Shown here one piece after another: positions 42,960 through 58,196 of a DNA stretch of 64,000 nt (the first letter of the stretch is position 1; each line of letters begins with the position of its first letter). The DNA lies in NCBI GenBank assembly GCA_951406725.2, contig OX597837.1, forward strand, positions 40,238,001 through 40,302,000. The letters run 5' to 3'. Source of the DNA: Octopus vulgaris (lineage: Eukaryota). A program made the position numbers and the translations under genes. Under the pieces are notes generated by a model. The model saw nothing but the letters and a program-made list of their open reading frames with translations, searched no databases and was not told the DNA's origin.

Positions 42960-43330
42960 TTTGATGGGGGATGAAAATTTTAACACGAAGCGTAGATATT
43001 TTGGGATTCGAGAAAGAAACATGGAGGCAAATTTCGATGGTTATAACCTTGTTATCCAAGAACAGGAGATAGCTACGAAATATCTAATAAAAGCGACAGT
43101 GGAAGCGCCTAGTTCCCAAGATGCAACCACAAATATCGATTATGTCACACTTCAGCGGAGGGCAAAACACGCATAATCAGTAGCTGCCCCGAAATGTTAA
43201 ATATCAAGCGACCGTAATTTCAAATTAATTTTGAAAGCTATTTCCAAATTTACCTTCGAGTGAAATATTCCGTTGCAACACGATGTTGTTGCTAAAACAA
43301 TTTACAATGGAATTCCTGAAGACATATTAA
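42960..43330 (+). pseudogene. Highly degraded RLE non-LTR (R4-like) fragment around the zinc-knuckle region
   Basis: MEANFDGYNLVIQEQEIATKYLI and IPLQHDVVAKTIYNG resemble the 'EG.I.A.QEQ.I.T..Y' and 'RHD.VAK.I' motifs. Confidence 0.6.
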
Positions 43331-43414
43331 CAGAATGAAATGCTGCTGGAATATTCTCATGGGAACTTCTATCAATTGCAAACATAAGATGCTTATCATT
43401 TAACTGGCACTTAA

Positions 43415-43820
43415 AATTTTCCACAAGGGGAGCAAATTGGTGGGAGGAGATGAGTCGATTACATCGACCCCAGTACGCAACTGGTACTTAATTTATCGAC
43501 CCCGAAAGTATGAAACGTAAAGTCGATTTCGGCGGAATTTGAACTGAGAAAGTAGTGACGGGCGAAATACCTGTTTCTTTACTACCCACAAGGGGCTAAA
43601 CATAGAGGGGACAAACAAGGACAGACAAACGGATTAAGTCGATTATAACGACCCCAGTGCGTAACTGGTACTTAATTTATCGGCCCCGAAAGGATGAAAG
43701 ATAAAGTCGATTTCGGCGAAATTTGAACTCAGAACGTAACAACAGACGAAATACCTGTTTCTTTACTACCCACAAGGGGCTAAACATAGAGGGGACAAAC
43801 AAGGACAGACAAACGGATTA
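43415..43820 (-). mobile_element. SINE family B tandem array (184-bp period)
   Basis: ctgtttctttactacc at 43571 and 43755. Confidence 0.9.
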
Positions 43821-44504
43821 AACGACGAGGGCTCCTGGTCGTGTAATTAATGTGCAAGTGGCTGAGTACTCCACAGACACGCATACATTTAACGTAGTTC
43901 TCAGGGAGATGAAGCATGATGACACAGAATGTGACAAGCCTAGACCCTTTGAATTACAGGTACTACTCATTTTTGCTAACTGATTGGAATATAGCAACAT
44001 AAAATAAAATGTTTTACCCAGGGACACGATGCGTCGCCAGGCATCGAATTCACCACCTCACATTTGAGAGCCGAATATCCTAACTTCTAAGCCACGTGTC
44101 TTCACAAGATACTAATTATAGTTATTTGAGCTGGAAAAGAAAAGAAAAAACATGGCAGCTTGTTTCCATGACCCTAGAAAGTATAGGGCCATGGAAACAA
44201 GCTGCTTTCAGATGTGAAAGGGCAAAACCATTGAGAAACATATTTATGGACAACAGCTTCGAAACGTTCAACATTTTTACTTCAGTTATAAATTCATATC
44301 TATGTTAATAATCATTTGTGTACTTCGCTAAGTTACAACCTAGAAAAGCTAAAATAAGAGACCGCTTAACAGGTTTACAAGCAGAATCTGAAAGTGGATC
44401 AATAAAAACATTCAAGACTTTTCTAAGCTTCAATATATAATACTTATAGTAGTTATCCAAGATCAGTTCCTTCCTTCCTTCCTTCCTTCCTTCCTTCCTC
44501 CGTT

Positions 44505-44535
<31 letters not shown>

Positions 44536-44545
44536 CTATCTGTCG

Positions 44546-44657
<112 letters not shown>

Positions 44658-46129
44658 CTGCAAAATTAAGAGGAATGACCACTAACGTGGACACGTATCC
44701 ACTTTCATCCTTTCGGGATCGATACAGTACGCTCCAACTGCCTTCTGGGGTCGATCAAATCGACTGGCCCCCTCCCCAAAAATTTCGAGCCTTGTGCCTA
44801 GGGTAGAAAAGAATATATATGACATCATACGACATAATATATATCATATGTATATGTGTATATATGTATATATATAAATATATATACATACATACATATA
44901 TATATGTGTATATATATATACACATACACACACATACGTGTATATAATATGTATGTGTGTATGTATGTATATGTAGAAACTTTCACGCACACACTTATCT
45001 ATGCATATGTATACATGTATATATATAAGCCATTGTCTTTTGTCGCTTAGAAGCTAGCTTTGATAATGAAGCCTTCTTTCATACGAGCATATGATGTAGG
45101 ATTACTTCCCTGTCTCTGAAAGTAGTTTATTTCTGCATTCCAAATCTAGAATATCGTTTCCCACCTGACTTGCTGAAAAACAAAATGTATGAATGAGCTT
45201 TGTTCCACTAAAATAATTAACATGGACATTGAAAATTTTAGTTGGAGTGTGTTAGATGATCGATATAAAATTATCAATTTGCTATCGTATTCAGGTAAGG
45301 AGATATTGCGGGATAGCACATTAGTTATATTCTCCGAGGAATATTCCAGATAAAAGGAGAATTCTTCCATTTAGGGGTTAGTGAAGCTTGACACCGAGTA
45401 ATTTAGTAACGGTAATCAGGATTATATTCCTATTAACACGTTTTATATTTGGGTTTCTTTAAATGTATTCGCGCACGTACCTTATTCAGATACAGCTGAT
45501 TAGTAAACGTAGGAGGAAATTTGTATGGAAGACTGCATTGATTTCGTGTTACTGAGCGTTAGAGTAAGAGGGAAATTTTGATCTGGACTTTGGAAAACTC
45601 CAGCCATTATTCGGTGGCGATGCTCCAATGGTGAAGATAAGGAATAATAAAGATAAGGAATTCTGTACCGCTATGTTCTTAATCATCCAGAACGGTCGGT
45701 CCATCCAATCTTCGCCTACGTCAATAACACTGAAAGCTGTAAGCGGAATGAAGTGACATATGCAGAGGTTCTGCACCAACTGCTGAAAGTAACAGAGCGA
45801 ATTGTTCCCCAGATCACATCCCTGTGTTTCTACAAAATAGGAAGAAAGATATTAAATATTGTATATCTGATGTGCTGAAACGCGCTTTTGCTACGCGATT
45901 GTCCTTGCCTTCGTGACGCGGAAAAAATGAAACAGGGACAACTGATGAAGGGGAATATTCTTTATGTTGCATGTCTCGTTTCTCTTGTTTGTTTTTTTCG
46001 TTGTTCGGAAAAAAGTTCGTTTCCATGTTTTTGCTTTTATGTTTTCGTTTCTCATTGTGTCCAACGTTTTTTTTTTATATGAGCGAACGCCACGCTTCCA
46101 TTTCCTGGTAAGTTTTATCTATCTATATT

Positions 46130-46202
<73 letters not shown>

Positions 46203-46332
46203 GTTTCTATCTATCTATCAATCAATCAATCTATCTATCTATCTATCTATCTATTTATCTATCTATCTGTCTATCTTTCTATCTACCTCTCTCTCTCTTC
46301 TCTCTCTCTCTCTATATATATATGTATATATG

Positions 46333-46388
<56 letters not shown>

Positions 46389-46402
46389 CATATATATATA
46401 TG

Positions 46403-46559
<157 letters not shown>

Positions 46560-46947
46560 TACAAAGCGACTAACGTGTCAAATGCTTCGTGTATAGGCAC
46601 TGAACAATCTCGATAATTCTCGTGTTCTGAGTTCTGTCCTGTTTGTTCTACGAAACCAGTGTACGTGCGTGTTGAAGCACGTAGCTGTATGCGGTTGGGT
46701 GGGTGTATATGTGTATATGTATATAAGTATATGAATATACTTCCACACACACACATACACAGATACACACATACATACATACAAACATACATACATACAA
46801 ACATACATACATACAAGAAAGGATGAAATATCAAAGTCGAGCTCAGAACGTAAAAACGGACGAAATCTCCGATGTGCTAACGATTCTGTTAACTCATCAC
46901 TAAATAATAGTAATAATAATAATAACAACACCAACAGCACCACCACC

Positions 46948-46979
<32 letters not shown>

Positions 46980-47752
46980 CAACAATAATAATAATAATAT
47001 TAATAATAATCCTTTCTACTGGAGGCACAAAGCCTGAAATTTTTGGGGCAGGGACCGGTCGATTACATCGACCCCAGTGCATAAATGGTACTTATTTTAT
47101 CCATCCCCGAAGGATGAAGGGCATTGTCAACCCCAGTAGCTTGGGGTAGGTAGGGATCAGTCGATTACAGCGACCCCCAATGTTAAACTGGTACTTATTT
47201 TATATAACCCTAATTGATGAAAAGCAGTCCAACGTGCTAACGGTTCTGCCTGCTCACAACCTCCATAATAATAATGATGACAATAGTAATAATAATAATA
47301 ATAATGATGATGATGATGATGGTGATGGTGGTAGAGGTGATGATGAGGAGGAGGTGAAGGAGAAGGAGGAGGAATTCTTTTGTTTGCTGCGGGAGCATGT
47401 GATCGGTGTAGGGGTGCTTTACAATAACAGCTTTCAATTTGTGTGGGGGATTTTAAATGAAAGATGAAGGGCCGAAGAAATAGGAAAATGGTGGAGCGCG
47501 ATAAAAGCATCCGTAGTATGCAAAGTATGTGAAAGAACAACAATTGTTTCTGTGTGAATGTTTGTGTGTGTGTGTGCACGTGTGTATACGAATACATTCA
47601 TATACACATACATACATACGCACATGCATACACGCATACATACATATACATACTATTCATTCATAAATATATTTATACATGTATATATACGTGTATATAT
47701 ACAAATATATACATACACATATATATACGTATATGTATATATATATAATATA

Positions 47753-47784
<32 letters not shown>

Positions 47785-48014
47785 CACATATACATACATT
47801 CACACACATTCACACACTTATATATATGTGTGTGTGTGAATGTGTATGTGAGTATGTGCGAAGGTGTGTGTGTGTGTTCGTGCAGAATTCCGGATAGGTT
47901 AGTATGAAAGAATGTGCATATATATATATGTGTATAAATATATACATATATATATATATATACACAAACACATATATATATATACGTACATACATACATA
48001 AATATATATATATA

Positions 48015-48101
<87 letters not shown>

Positions 48102-48379
48102 TTGTATATTGGTTTGTTCGTTACTATTTTAGTTTGCGATTTGTCTTCATTTGGGAAATGTTTCGATACAGTAGAAGGTAAATTCCTCCTACGTAGAAAT
48201 CTCTTTATTATGGCGATGTCAACAACTAGATGACATTTCTGATTCATGATAGGAAATACAAAAGTTCACGTGAATTGAGATTTATTTACCGCACCTCACC
48301 AGTGGGCGATAACAGACAACGATATACATATATACATACATGCATACATACACAAACGCACATGTATGTGTATATGTGA

Positions 48380-48803
<424 letters not shown>

Positions 48804-49224
48804 TTATACATTAACATGGTCACATGTATATATACATACATGTGTGTGTACCTTGATATTAGGTTATTCCCTCTTTTTTCATCTATTTTACTAAACTACA
48901 AACGTAATGGAAGTCAGTTTTGTTAGGAACATCAACTGTCTTCTTGTTGTTGGTAAGAAAAAGAATTTTTTTTTCCTGAAAGCAATAGCGTAAATCTCTC
49001 CGCAATGAAAATTCTATAATCTTAATCTTTTCATACGATGTCGATTTTCTGTGGCTATAATTTATCTTTAGCTATAGCTGGAAACCTGTGAAACACAATA
49101 TAGTCCCGATTCGATGATAAATAAGGTCGGCAATTTATCATTCTTTCAGTTTGCTTCTATAATAAGTGTTACGAAATTATACAAGAAAATTAACGAGTTC
49201 TTGTTATTAGTGAGACGGATTAAA

Positions 49225-50140
49225 TTGGTGAACTGCCAAGATCGTTGGCATGCCGAGTAAAAATACTTACTGGTATTTCGTCCACCTTTACATTCTGAGT
49301 TCAAATTCCACCGGAGTCAACTTTGCCTTTCATCCTTTCCGAGTCGGTAAATCAAATATGATTGAAGCACTGGGGTCGATGTAATCGAATAGTTCCGACT
49401 TCCAAAATGATTTATTTGTTGGCAGAAACGTTAGCACGCCGAGCGGAATGCTTAGCAGTATTTCGTTTGTCGTTACGTTCTGAGTTCAAATTCTGCCGAG
49501 GTCGACTTTGCCTTTCATCCTTTCCGACTCGGTAAATCAAATATGATTGAAGCACTGGGGTCGATCTAATCGAATAGTTCCGATTTCCAAAATGATTTTA
49601 TTTGTTGGCTTAAACGTTAGCACGCCGAGCGGAATGCTTAGCAGTATTTCGTTTGTCGTTACGTTCTGAGTTCAAATTCCGCCAAGGTCGACTTTGCCTT
49701 TCATCCTTTCTTGGTCGATTAAATAAGTACCAGTTTCGCACCGGGGTCGATATAATCGACTTAATCCGTTTGTCTGTTCTTGTTTGTCCTCCCTTTTGGG
49801 TAATAAAGAAATAGGTATTTCGTCTGCCGCTACGTTCTGAGTTCAAATTCCGCCGAGGTCGACTTTGCCTTTCATCCTTTCTTGGTCGATTAAATAAGTA
49901 CCAGTTACACAGTCGATATTATCGACTTAATCCGTTTGTCTGTCCTTGTTTGTCGTCTCTGTGTGTAGCCCCTTGTGGGTAGTAAAGAAACAGGTATTTC
50001 GTCTGTCGTTACGTTCTGAGTTCAAATTCCACCGGAGTCAGCTTTGCCTTTCATCCTTCCAGAATCGGTAAATCAAATATGATTGAAACACTGGGGTCGA
50101 TGCAATCGAATAGTTCCGACTTCCAAAATGATTTATTTGT
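49225..50140 (+). mobile_element. SINE family B mosaic tandem array (about 5 units, two tail types)
   Basis: Repeated gttctgagttcaaatt...tttgcctttcatcc with alternating tails. Confidence 0.85.
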
Positions 50141-50445
50141 TGTTGTTGAAATTGTCTTTTGGGGAATGCAGTAAAAAATTAAAACAACGATATTTGGCAT
50201 TGAAAATATGTTATTCTAGAAACTAAATTTAGGTCACTTACTGAGAGCAGATAAATCTATGATTTAAATATTAGTAAATGTATAATTTATTGGGGGGAAA
50301 ATCGATAATTTATTTGCAGTGCAGATGTAAGTTCGTTTAAAATGAAATTAGTCATGTTAAAGTTCGGGACATATATACAACGAATCGAAGATTTAATCAA
50401 CTACTTCTGTCACACGAAAATAGCACCAAATTTAGAAAAACAAAA

Positions 50446-50559
<114 letters not shown>

Positions 50560-51277
50560 GAGGCAGCAAGCTGGCAGAAACGTTGGCACGCCGGGCGAAA
50601 TGCTTAGCAGTATTTCGTCTGCCGTTACGTTCTGAGTTCAAAATCCGCCGAGGTCGACTTACCATTCATCCTTTCGGGGTCGATTAAATCAGTACCAGTT
50701 ATGCACTGGGTCAATGTAATCGACTTAATCCGTTTGTCTCTCCTTGTTTGTCCAATCTGCGTTTAGCCTCTTGTGGGTAGTAAAGAAATTGCTATTTCTT
50801 TGACTTTACCTTTCATCGTTTTGGGGTCGATAAATTAACTACCATTAACGCAATGGGGTCGATGTAATCGACTTAATCCGTTTGTCTGTCCTTGTTTGTC
50901 CAATCTGTGTTCAACCCCTTGTGGGTAGTAAAGAAATAGGTATTTCGTCTGTCTTTACGTTCTGAGTCCAAATTCCGCCGAGGTTGACTTTGCCTTTCAT
51001 CCTTTCGGGGTCAATTAAATAAGTACCAGTTATGCACTGGGGTCGATATAATCGACTTAATCCGTTTGTTTGTCCTCTCTGTGTTTAGCCCCTTGTGGGT
51101 AGTAACGAAATAGGTATTTCAACCATCACTATGTTCTGAGTTCATATTCCGTCGAGGTCGACTTTTACCATTCATCCTTTCGGGGCCGTTAAATTAAGTA
51201 CCAGTTGCGTACTGGGATCGATGTGATCGGATCATCCCCTACCCCCAAATTGCTGCCCTTGTGGAAAAATTTGAAAT
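50560..51277 (+). mobile_element. SINE family B tandem array between (TTA)n/(CAT)n tracts
   Basis: Four units with the aaagaaata|ggtatttc-type junction. Confidence 0.85.
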
Positions 51278-51330
51278 CATCATCATCATCATCATCATAA
51301 TCATAGTCATCATCATCATAACCATAATCA

Positions 51331-51400
<70 letters not shown>

Positions 51401-51404
<4 letters not shown>

Positions 51405-51535
51405 TAGTTTTATTTTTATAACGTGCTTTCACTTCACTACCGAGCGCAGCTCTGTGTGCCTTGGGTATGTGCTGTGATTTGTTGTGATGCTCTGATGGTT
51501 ATTGTATGGAAAGTGTTTTGTGTAGGATGTGTGCA

Positions 51536-51537
<2 letters not shown>
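51401..51537 (-). mobile_element. Short 3'-end copy of the same R4/Dong element inserted in (TAA)n
   Basis: Reverse complement of 61922-62058, flanked on both sides by (TTA)n. Confidence 0.9.
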
Positions 51538-51615
<78 letters not shown>

Positions 51616-51660
51616 CATTATTATTATTATCATTATTAATATTATTAACATTATTTATTA

Positions 51661-51705
<45 letters not shown>

Positions 51706-51725
51706 TATTATTATTATTATCATTA

Positions 51726-51772
<47 letters not shown>

Positions 51773-52264
51773 TATTATTATTATTACTATCATTATTATT
51801 TAGTACACTTATTACACTTATATTCCTTGTGTTCTTTTACTCCGACATCGCAAGCATCTCCGTGTTCCATTTTGAAATTATTCCAATGTCTTCATTTCAT
51901 TCTGTTCTGTCTTCATATTGTACAAGACTTACTCTACCCATTATTCTATGCAATATGTAGTAGCGCTATACACTCTTAGCTAACTGTACTACATAAGGAA
52001 ATAGAATCAATATTCTAGCTATTCTAGTAATAATTTATAGTCACATTATTCTAAACATCACATTAAATTAGTAACGAAAATATAAATTGCATTTAGGTAT
52101 CCACAGAAAGACCACCCTCCAGGTAGTTTTCCGCCACTTGCTGAATTTTATTTATGTATTTCATTTCTAATTTGTGCAATTTTTCTGATATTTTTACTTC
52201 TAATTTCTTTTTTGCCTCCTTTATTCGTCTGATAGTACTTTGTAAATAATGTTAGAATAATATC

Positions 52265-52950
52265 TATTTCTTTACTACACATAATAGGCCAAACACAGGG
52301 AGGACAAACAAGGATAGACAAATGGTTTAAGTCGATTATATTGACCACAGTGCGTAACTGGTACTTATTTAATCGACCCCGAAAGGATGAAAGGCAAAGT
52401 CGACCTCAGCGGAATTTGAACTCAGAACGTAAAGACAGACGAAATACCTATTTCTTTACTACCCACAAGGGGCTAAACACAGAGAGGACAAACAAGCACA
52501 GACAAACGGGTTAAGTCGATTATATCGACCCCAGTGCGTAACTGGTATTTATTTAATCGACCCCGAAAGGATGAAAGGCAAAGTCGACTTCGGCGGAATT
52601 TGAACTTAGAACGTAAAGACAGACGAAATACCTATTTCTTTACTACCCACAAGGGGCTAAACACAGAGAGGACAAACAAGGACAGACAAACGGATTAAGT
52701 CGATTATATTGACGCCAGTGCGTAACTGGTACTTATTTAATCGACCTCGAAAGGATGAAAGGCAAAGTCGACCTCAGCGGAATTTGAACTCAGAACGTAA
52801 AGACAGACGAAATACCTATTTCTTTACTACCCACAAGGGGCTAAACACAGAGAGGACAAACAAGGACAGACAAACGGATTAAGTCGATTATATTGACCCT
52901 AGTGCGTAACTGGTACTTATTTAATCGATCACGAAAGGATGAAAGGCAAA
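52265..52950 (-). mobile_element. SINE family B tandem array, 4 units, 184-bp period
   Basis: tatttctttactac at 52265, 52449, 52633 and 52817. Confidence 0.92.
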
Positions 52951-53687
52951 AATTAGAATAATGCCAAGCACTCAAAGACATCTGTAGAATTTATGAAGAA
53001 ATATGGTGTTATGTTGACTTAAGTTTGTCACGTTAATCGCTATATTTTAAATAAAGTCAAACGTAAACCAACATTTATATGGCCGCTTAATGCGCTAGAA
53101 ACAGCAGAGATGCGGTGGGTATTTCTCAGACCCATGCATACCAAACAGTCATTTCAAGAAAATCACCTTTGATGATTTTTATCTTCAAATTATATCATTA
53201 AGAATTTTCAATTTATTAAAAATATTCATTTAATTAATTCCAGATGGGAAAAACTGAAATTGTTCTCAAAGCCTTTTATTTTTTAATTATTTTCCAAAAT
53301 AATTAATCTACACCGTCGAAATGTGAAAGTTTTGAGGAAGGTTAAGAGGTGCAGGCGTGGTTAGGTGCAGGGGTAGCTGAATGGTAAGAAGCGTGCTTTC
53401 TAACCACTTAGTTCCGGGTTCTGTCTCGCTACATGGCATCTTGGGTACGTGTCTTTTACTATAGTCTGTGTTTAGCCTCTTGTGGGTAGTAAAGAAATAC
53501 GTATTTCTTCTGCCGTTACGTTCTGAGTTTAAATTTCGCCGAGGTTGACTTTGCCTTTCATCCTTTCGGGGTGGATAGATTAAGTACCAGTTACGCACTG
53601 GGGTCGATGTAATCGACTTAATCCGTTTGTTTGTCTTTGTTTGTCCCCTCTGTGTTTAGCCTCTTGTGGGCAATAAAGAAATAAAAA

Positions 53688-54030
53688 AGTGTATGGTGAG
53701 GAGTGCATAAGTTGCACAGAAGTGTACAAGTGTTTCAGAAAAACTGTCGATACTGACGAACATTTTGGGAGAACTACAACCAGCAGAACTGAGCAAAATA
53801 TCGCGGATGTGCTTACAGCTGTGAGAGAAAATCGACGAATCACCATCCGTGCCTTATCAGATGTGCAGATTAGTTAAGCTTCTGTTCAGTCAATAATCAC
53901 AGAAGATTTGGTTATGAGACACGTGTATGCCAAGTGTGTTCCAAAATGGCTTTCAGCTGATCGAAAACGACTCTCTGGTTTCAGTTACACAAAATCTCCA
54001 TGATTGTGTCGAGAACAATGAAAACTTTGA
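53688..54030 (+). pseudogene. Mariner transposase N-terminal remnant
   Basis: VYGEECIS..EVYK.F...GR..TSRTEQNIADV...VRENRRITIR.LS...IS*ASVQSIITEDLVMRHVYAKCVPKWLS: HTH region plus a degenerate WVP linker. Confidence 0.85.
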
Positions 54031-54409
54031 AAACTTTACGTTGGCCTCTCAGCAGGTATCGTCGATCTTTTGAAAAAATCTGATGCAGATTCTCTGCTCA
54101 CTTTTCTCTGTCATGGTCAATGCGACGGTCACACCCTACACGTGTTTCTTCCAAGCACTGCTGTAAACAACGGAAGTAAGCAAGAACGTTAACACTCAGT
54201 TCGCATTCACAACAACATTGAAGGTCAATATGTGTAAAGCAGTTTCACTCTGCGTACTTTAATTTGTTACTATGGAAACAGACCGGATATTTATATGTAT
54301 ATATATATATATATATACATATATGTGTAATCGTGTGCGTGTGGGAAGTTGGAAGGATGGCGAAGCATTTTATCTTTGCTTTCGGAGTAACACTGAAATA
54401 TAGTAAAAG

Positions 54410-54482
<73 letters not shown>

Positions 54483-54604
54483 TGTGTATGCGTGCGTGCG
54501 TGCATGCGTGCGTATGTGTGTATCTATGTATGCATAATTTTAAATTCTAATCGGCAGAAATTAATAAAGGTCACTCCTGGGTGGTCATTCTCACCATACA
54601 TATG

Positions 54605-55183
54605 ATAGAAGCCATAGCTACTCATAATAAAAAGGAGTACTGGTGGAATGTCCCAATGCAGACCTCAATGAAATGTAAGCACAACAAACTTGAGATATTG
54701 ATTTGGGACAGAGAAGAAAAACTGTGAACAGTTGTGGAAATCAGCTGCCCAGCGGATGTTAACATAAAGATGAAGATCAGTGAAAAAGGGAACACTTATG
54801 CTGAACTGTTGAGAAATCTGCAGTTACTCTATCTAGATTACAAGTTCAAGTTTATACCTGTAATTATTGGGGACCTGGGATATGTAAACACACTGCCGAT
54901 CTCGAGAAATTAGGCTTCTCAAAACCAGAAAGGAGAAATCTAATTGAAAGACTACAGATCCAATCCATCAACAGAACTGTAAATATCTGTAAAACTTTCC
55001 AAAAGTATATCATTTAAATATATACATGAGCATATCGTGATATGCAACTATATGAATGAGAATACATGCATAAAACATACAAATCTGCACATCCATACAT
55101 ACAAACATACATTCATACATACATACATACATACATACATACTTACATACATACATACATACATATATACATACATTCATACA

Positions 55184-55217
<34 letters not shown>

Positions 55218-55276
55218 CATACATTCATACATACATACATACATGCATACATACATACATACATACATACATACAA

Positions 55277-55309
<33 letters not shown>

Positions 55310-55331
55310 CATACATACATACATACATACA

Positions 55332-55395
<64 letters not shown>

Positions 55396-55425
55396 CATAC
55401 ATACATATATACATACATACATACA

Positions 55426-55459
<34 letters not shown>

Positions 55460-55533
55460 CATACATATATACATACATACATACATACATACATACATAC
55501 ATACATACATACATACATACATACATACATACA

Positions 55534-55567
<34 letters not shown>

Positions 55568-55722
55568 CATACATTCATACATACATACATACATGCATAT
55601 ACACATACAAAAATACCCTGTTGTTGATGTTGAAATTCCAATGAAGGAGCCTTCTTGGATCTAGATTAGAAACCGGTTCTTTGTCTATTGGCAAGAACTC
55701 TTGAAATAAAACTGAATAATGA
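54605..55722 (+). mobile_element. 3' end of a second RLE-type non-LTR retrotransposon with (CATA)n in its 3' UTR
   Basis: EYWWNVP...KHNKLEILIWDREEKL*TVVEISCPADVNI...EKGNTYAELLRNL...FIPVIIGDLGYV is a PD-(D/E)XK restriction-like endonuclease. The frame ends ICKTFQKYII*, followed by a UTR, (CATA)n and AATAAA. Confidence 0.85.
55095..55608. repeat. (CATA)n microsatellite (others at 5640-6335, 56408-56570)
   Basis: Direct inspection. Confidence 0.98.
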
Positions 55723-55830
55723 CGTACATGAATGCATCATACATACATATGCATATGTATACAGGTATATATAATATATATATATATACATATACACACA
55801 CGTGCACACACATACACATACATACACATA

Positions 55831-55881
<51 letters not shown>

Positions 55882-56044
55882 GTACATATATACAAATATA
55901 TACGTATCCAGATATATATGTATCTAGAGATATGTGGAGATATGCAAATTTCGTTACTTATGCACATATATATATATATACGTATACAATTATACTTGTA
56001 TATATGTGTATATATATAAGTATACATATGTATGTGTGTGTGTT

Positions 56045-56081
<37 letters not shown>

Positions 56082-56104
56082 GGAGAGAGAGAGAGAAGTA
56101 GATG

Positions 56105-56166
<62 letters not shown>

Positions 56167-56838
56167 AAGTCTCTTTGTCTCTCTTCCTTTGGCTCTCTCT
56201 CACAAATTCACAGTACAGTTTATTCAGTATCACAGTATCAGTCTATCTTGTTCAGTGCATCAAATGATGGAGACTGAATGTCTGTGTTTGAGAAAAATCT
56301 GTCTTCGAAATTAAACTTAGAGGCATGTTTCGACGGTCCATGGGGACTTAACCATCAATTGTTAATTCGGATATGCTGACATGTTAGGATAAAAGAATAT
56401 AAACATGCATACATACATACATACATACATACATACATACATACATACATACATACATACATACATACATACATACATACATACATACATACATACATAC
56501 ATACATACATACATACATACATACATACATACATACATACATACATACATACGTACGTACATACATACATTTATATATTCACGTATGCATATATATATGT
56601 TTCTGTGCATATATTGACGTGTGTATATGTTGAAGATTAAATAGAATGTTGGAATGTAATATCCAGCGTTTAGGATAAAAAAAGTAAAATAATGGTATCA
56701 AAGTTGATGAGATACGTTCAGTGTAAATACGAGAATAGAAAAAAGGAAACTCATTACCATACATTCTGTTACAAAATTTATGAAACGAAATTGCTTCTGC
56801 GATAATTGTGTATATATAAATATGTATGTATGTGCGTA

Positions 56839-56900
<62 letters not shown>

Positions 56901-56914
56901 CATATATTTGTGTG

Positions 56915-56964
<50 letters not shown>

Positions 56965-57130
56965 TAATAGATACATGCACACACACATATATATATATAT
57001 GTATACATATTGATATATAAAGGTACATATATATATACATGGATATAGACGGATATATATGTACACATGTATGTATGTGTGGGTGTGTACAAATATACAG
57101 TATATATATACATATATATATATGCATATA

Positions 57131-57166
<36 letters not shown>

Positions 57167-57192
57167 TATACATATATATATATACATGTAAC

Positions 57193-57254
<62 letters not shown>

Positions 57255-58196
57255 GTATATACATATATGTATGTATATATGTATGTGCACACTTGCACAT
57301 ACACACATACAGCTGCATCTGTAATCTTCTACACATGTCTTACTAATCTGAAATGTGGTTATTACTCTTTGACATCATTGTGAAAGCTGAAACAGTCGCA
57401 CGCACACACGAACGGAGGCGAGCGCGGGAGCACCCCACCACCACCACCACCACCACCACCATTACCACCCACCCACACACTTACATATATGCAAATACCA
57501 ATCGATACGACGATGATGATATAATAGACTTTATTCCAATGTCATACAGATCGAAAGTATTTGATTATATTTCCTTCCTTTCAACAGGAATTATGTTAGC
57601 GTTCATACAACGAAAGAAACATACTTACAGAAAATTCATGCAAATCTCTTCTTCCTTTGTCTCCTACTCGTACACGCACACACACAAATACATCCATCCA
57701 CACACACACACACACTCACACATACACACATACACACACATTAAATCGGTTGTAGGTTAAATGAATCTTCGTGAGAGGCGGTTGTTAAAAGTGGTTTTAT
57801 AAATCTACTACAATGCAAGTTGTAACTATGCGTGTGGGAGTAAAAGGGAAAGGTAACTGATTACACTTTTAAATTATGTTTCAATATTTCGGGTTAAAAA
57901 GCCTTTGTCAAGAGTAATTGGTAGATAGTGGCAGATAATAGACAACACACACAAATGCAAGAGAATATACATACACACACACACAAACACACACACACGT
58001 AGGAATATACTTAGGTAAGTTTCGGGTAAAAGTATTGTAGTATGTTTTGCAAAGCTCGTCTTCAGGTATTGGTTACCTGATATCATCGTACAGTGAAAAT
58101 GCACAAGCTACTGGATATACATGAGAAATTCTATACTCTCTGGAGAGTTTATATAAATAGATGCATAATAAAAAGTGAATTGTTCAACGTTCTTTA

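Noticed and set aside
45189-45370. LDDRYKIINLLSYSG as kinase subdomain I, or the minus ORF as a GPCR N-terminus
   Set aside because: Lacks GxGxxG and a transmembrane continuation; no partner exons found.
55630-55690. CCAATGA...GAAACCGGTTC as a hammerhead
   Set aside because: Two core substitutions and no stem I pairing.
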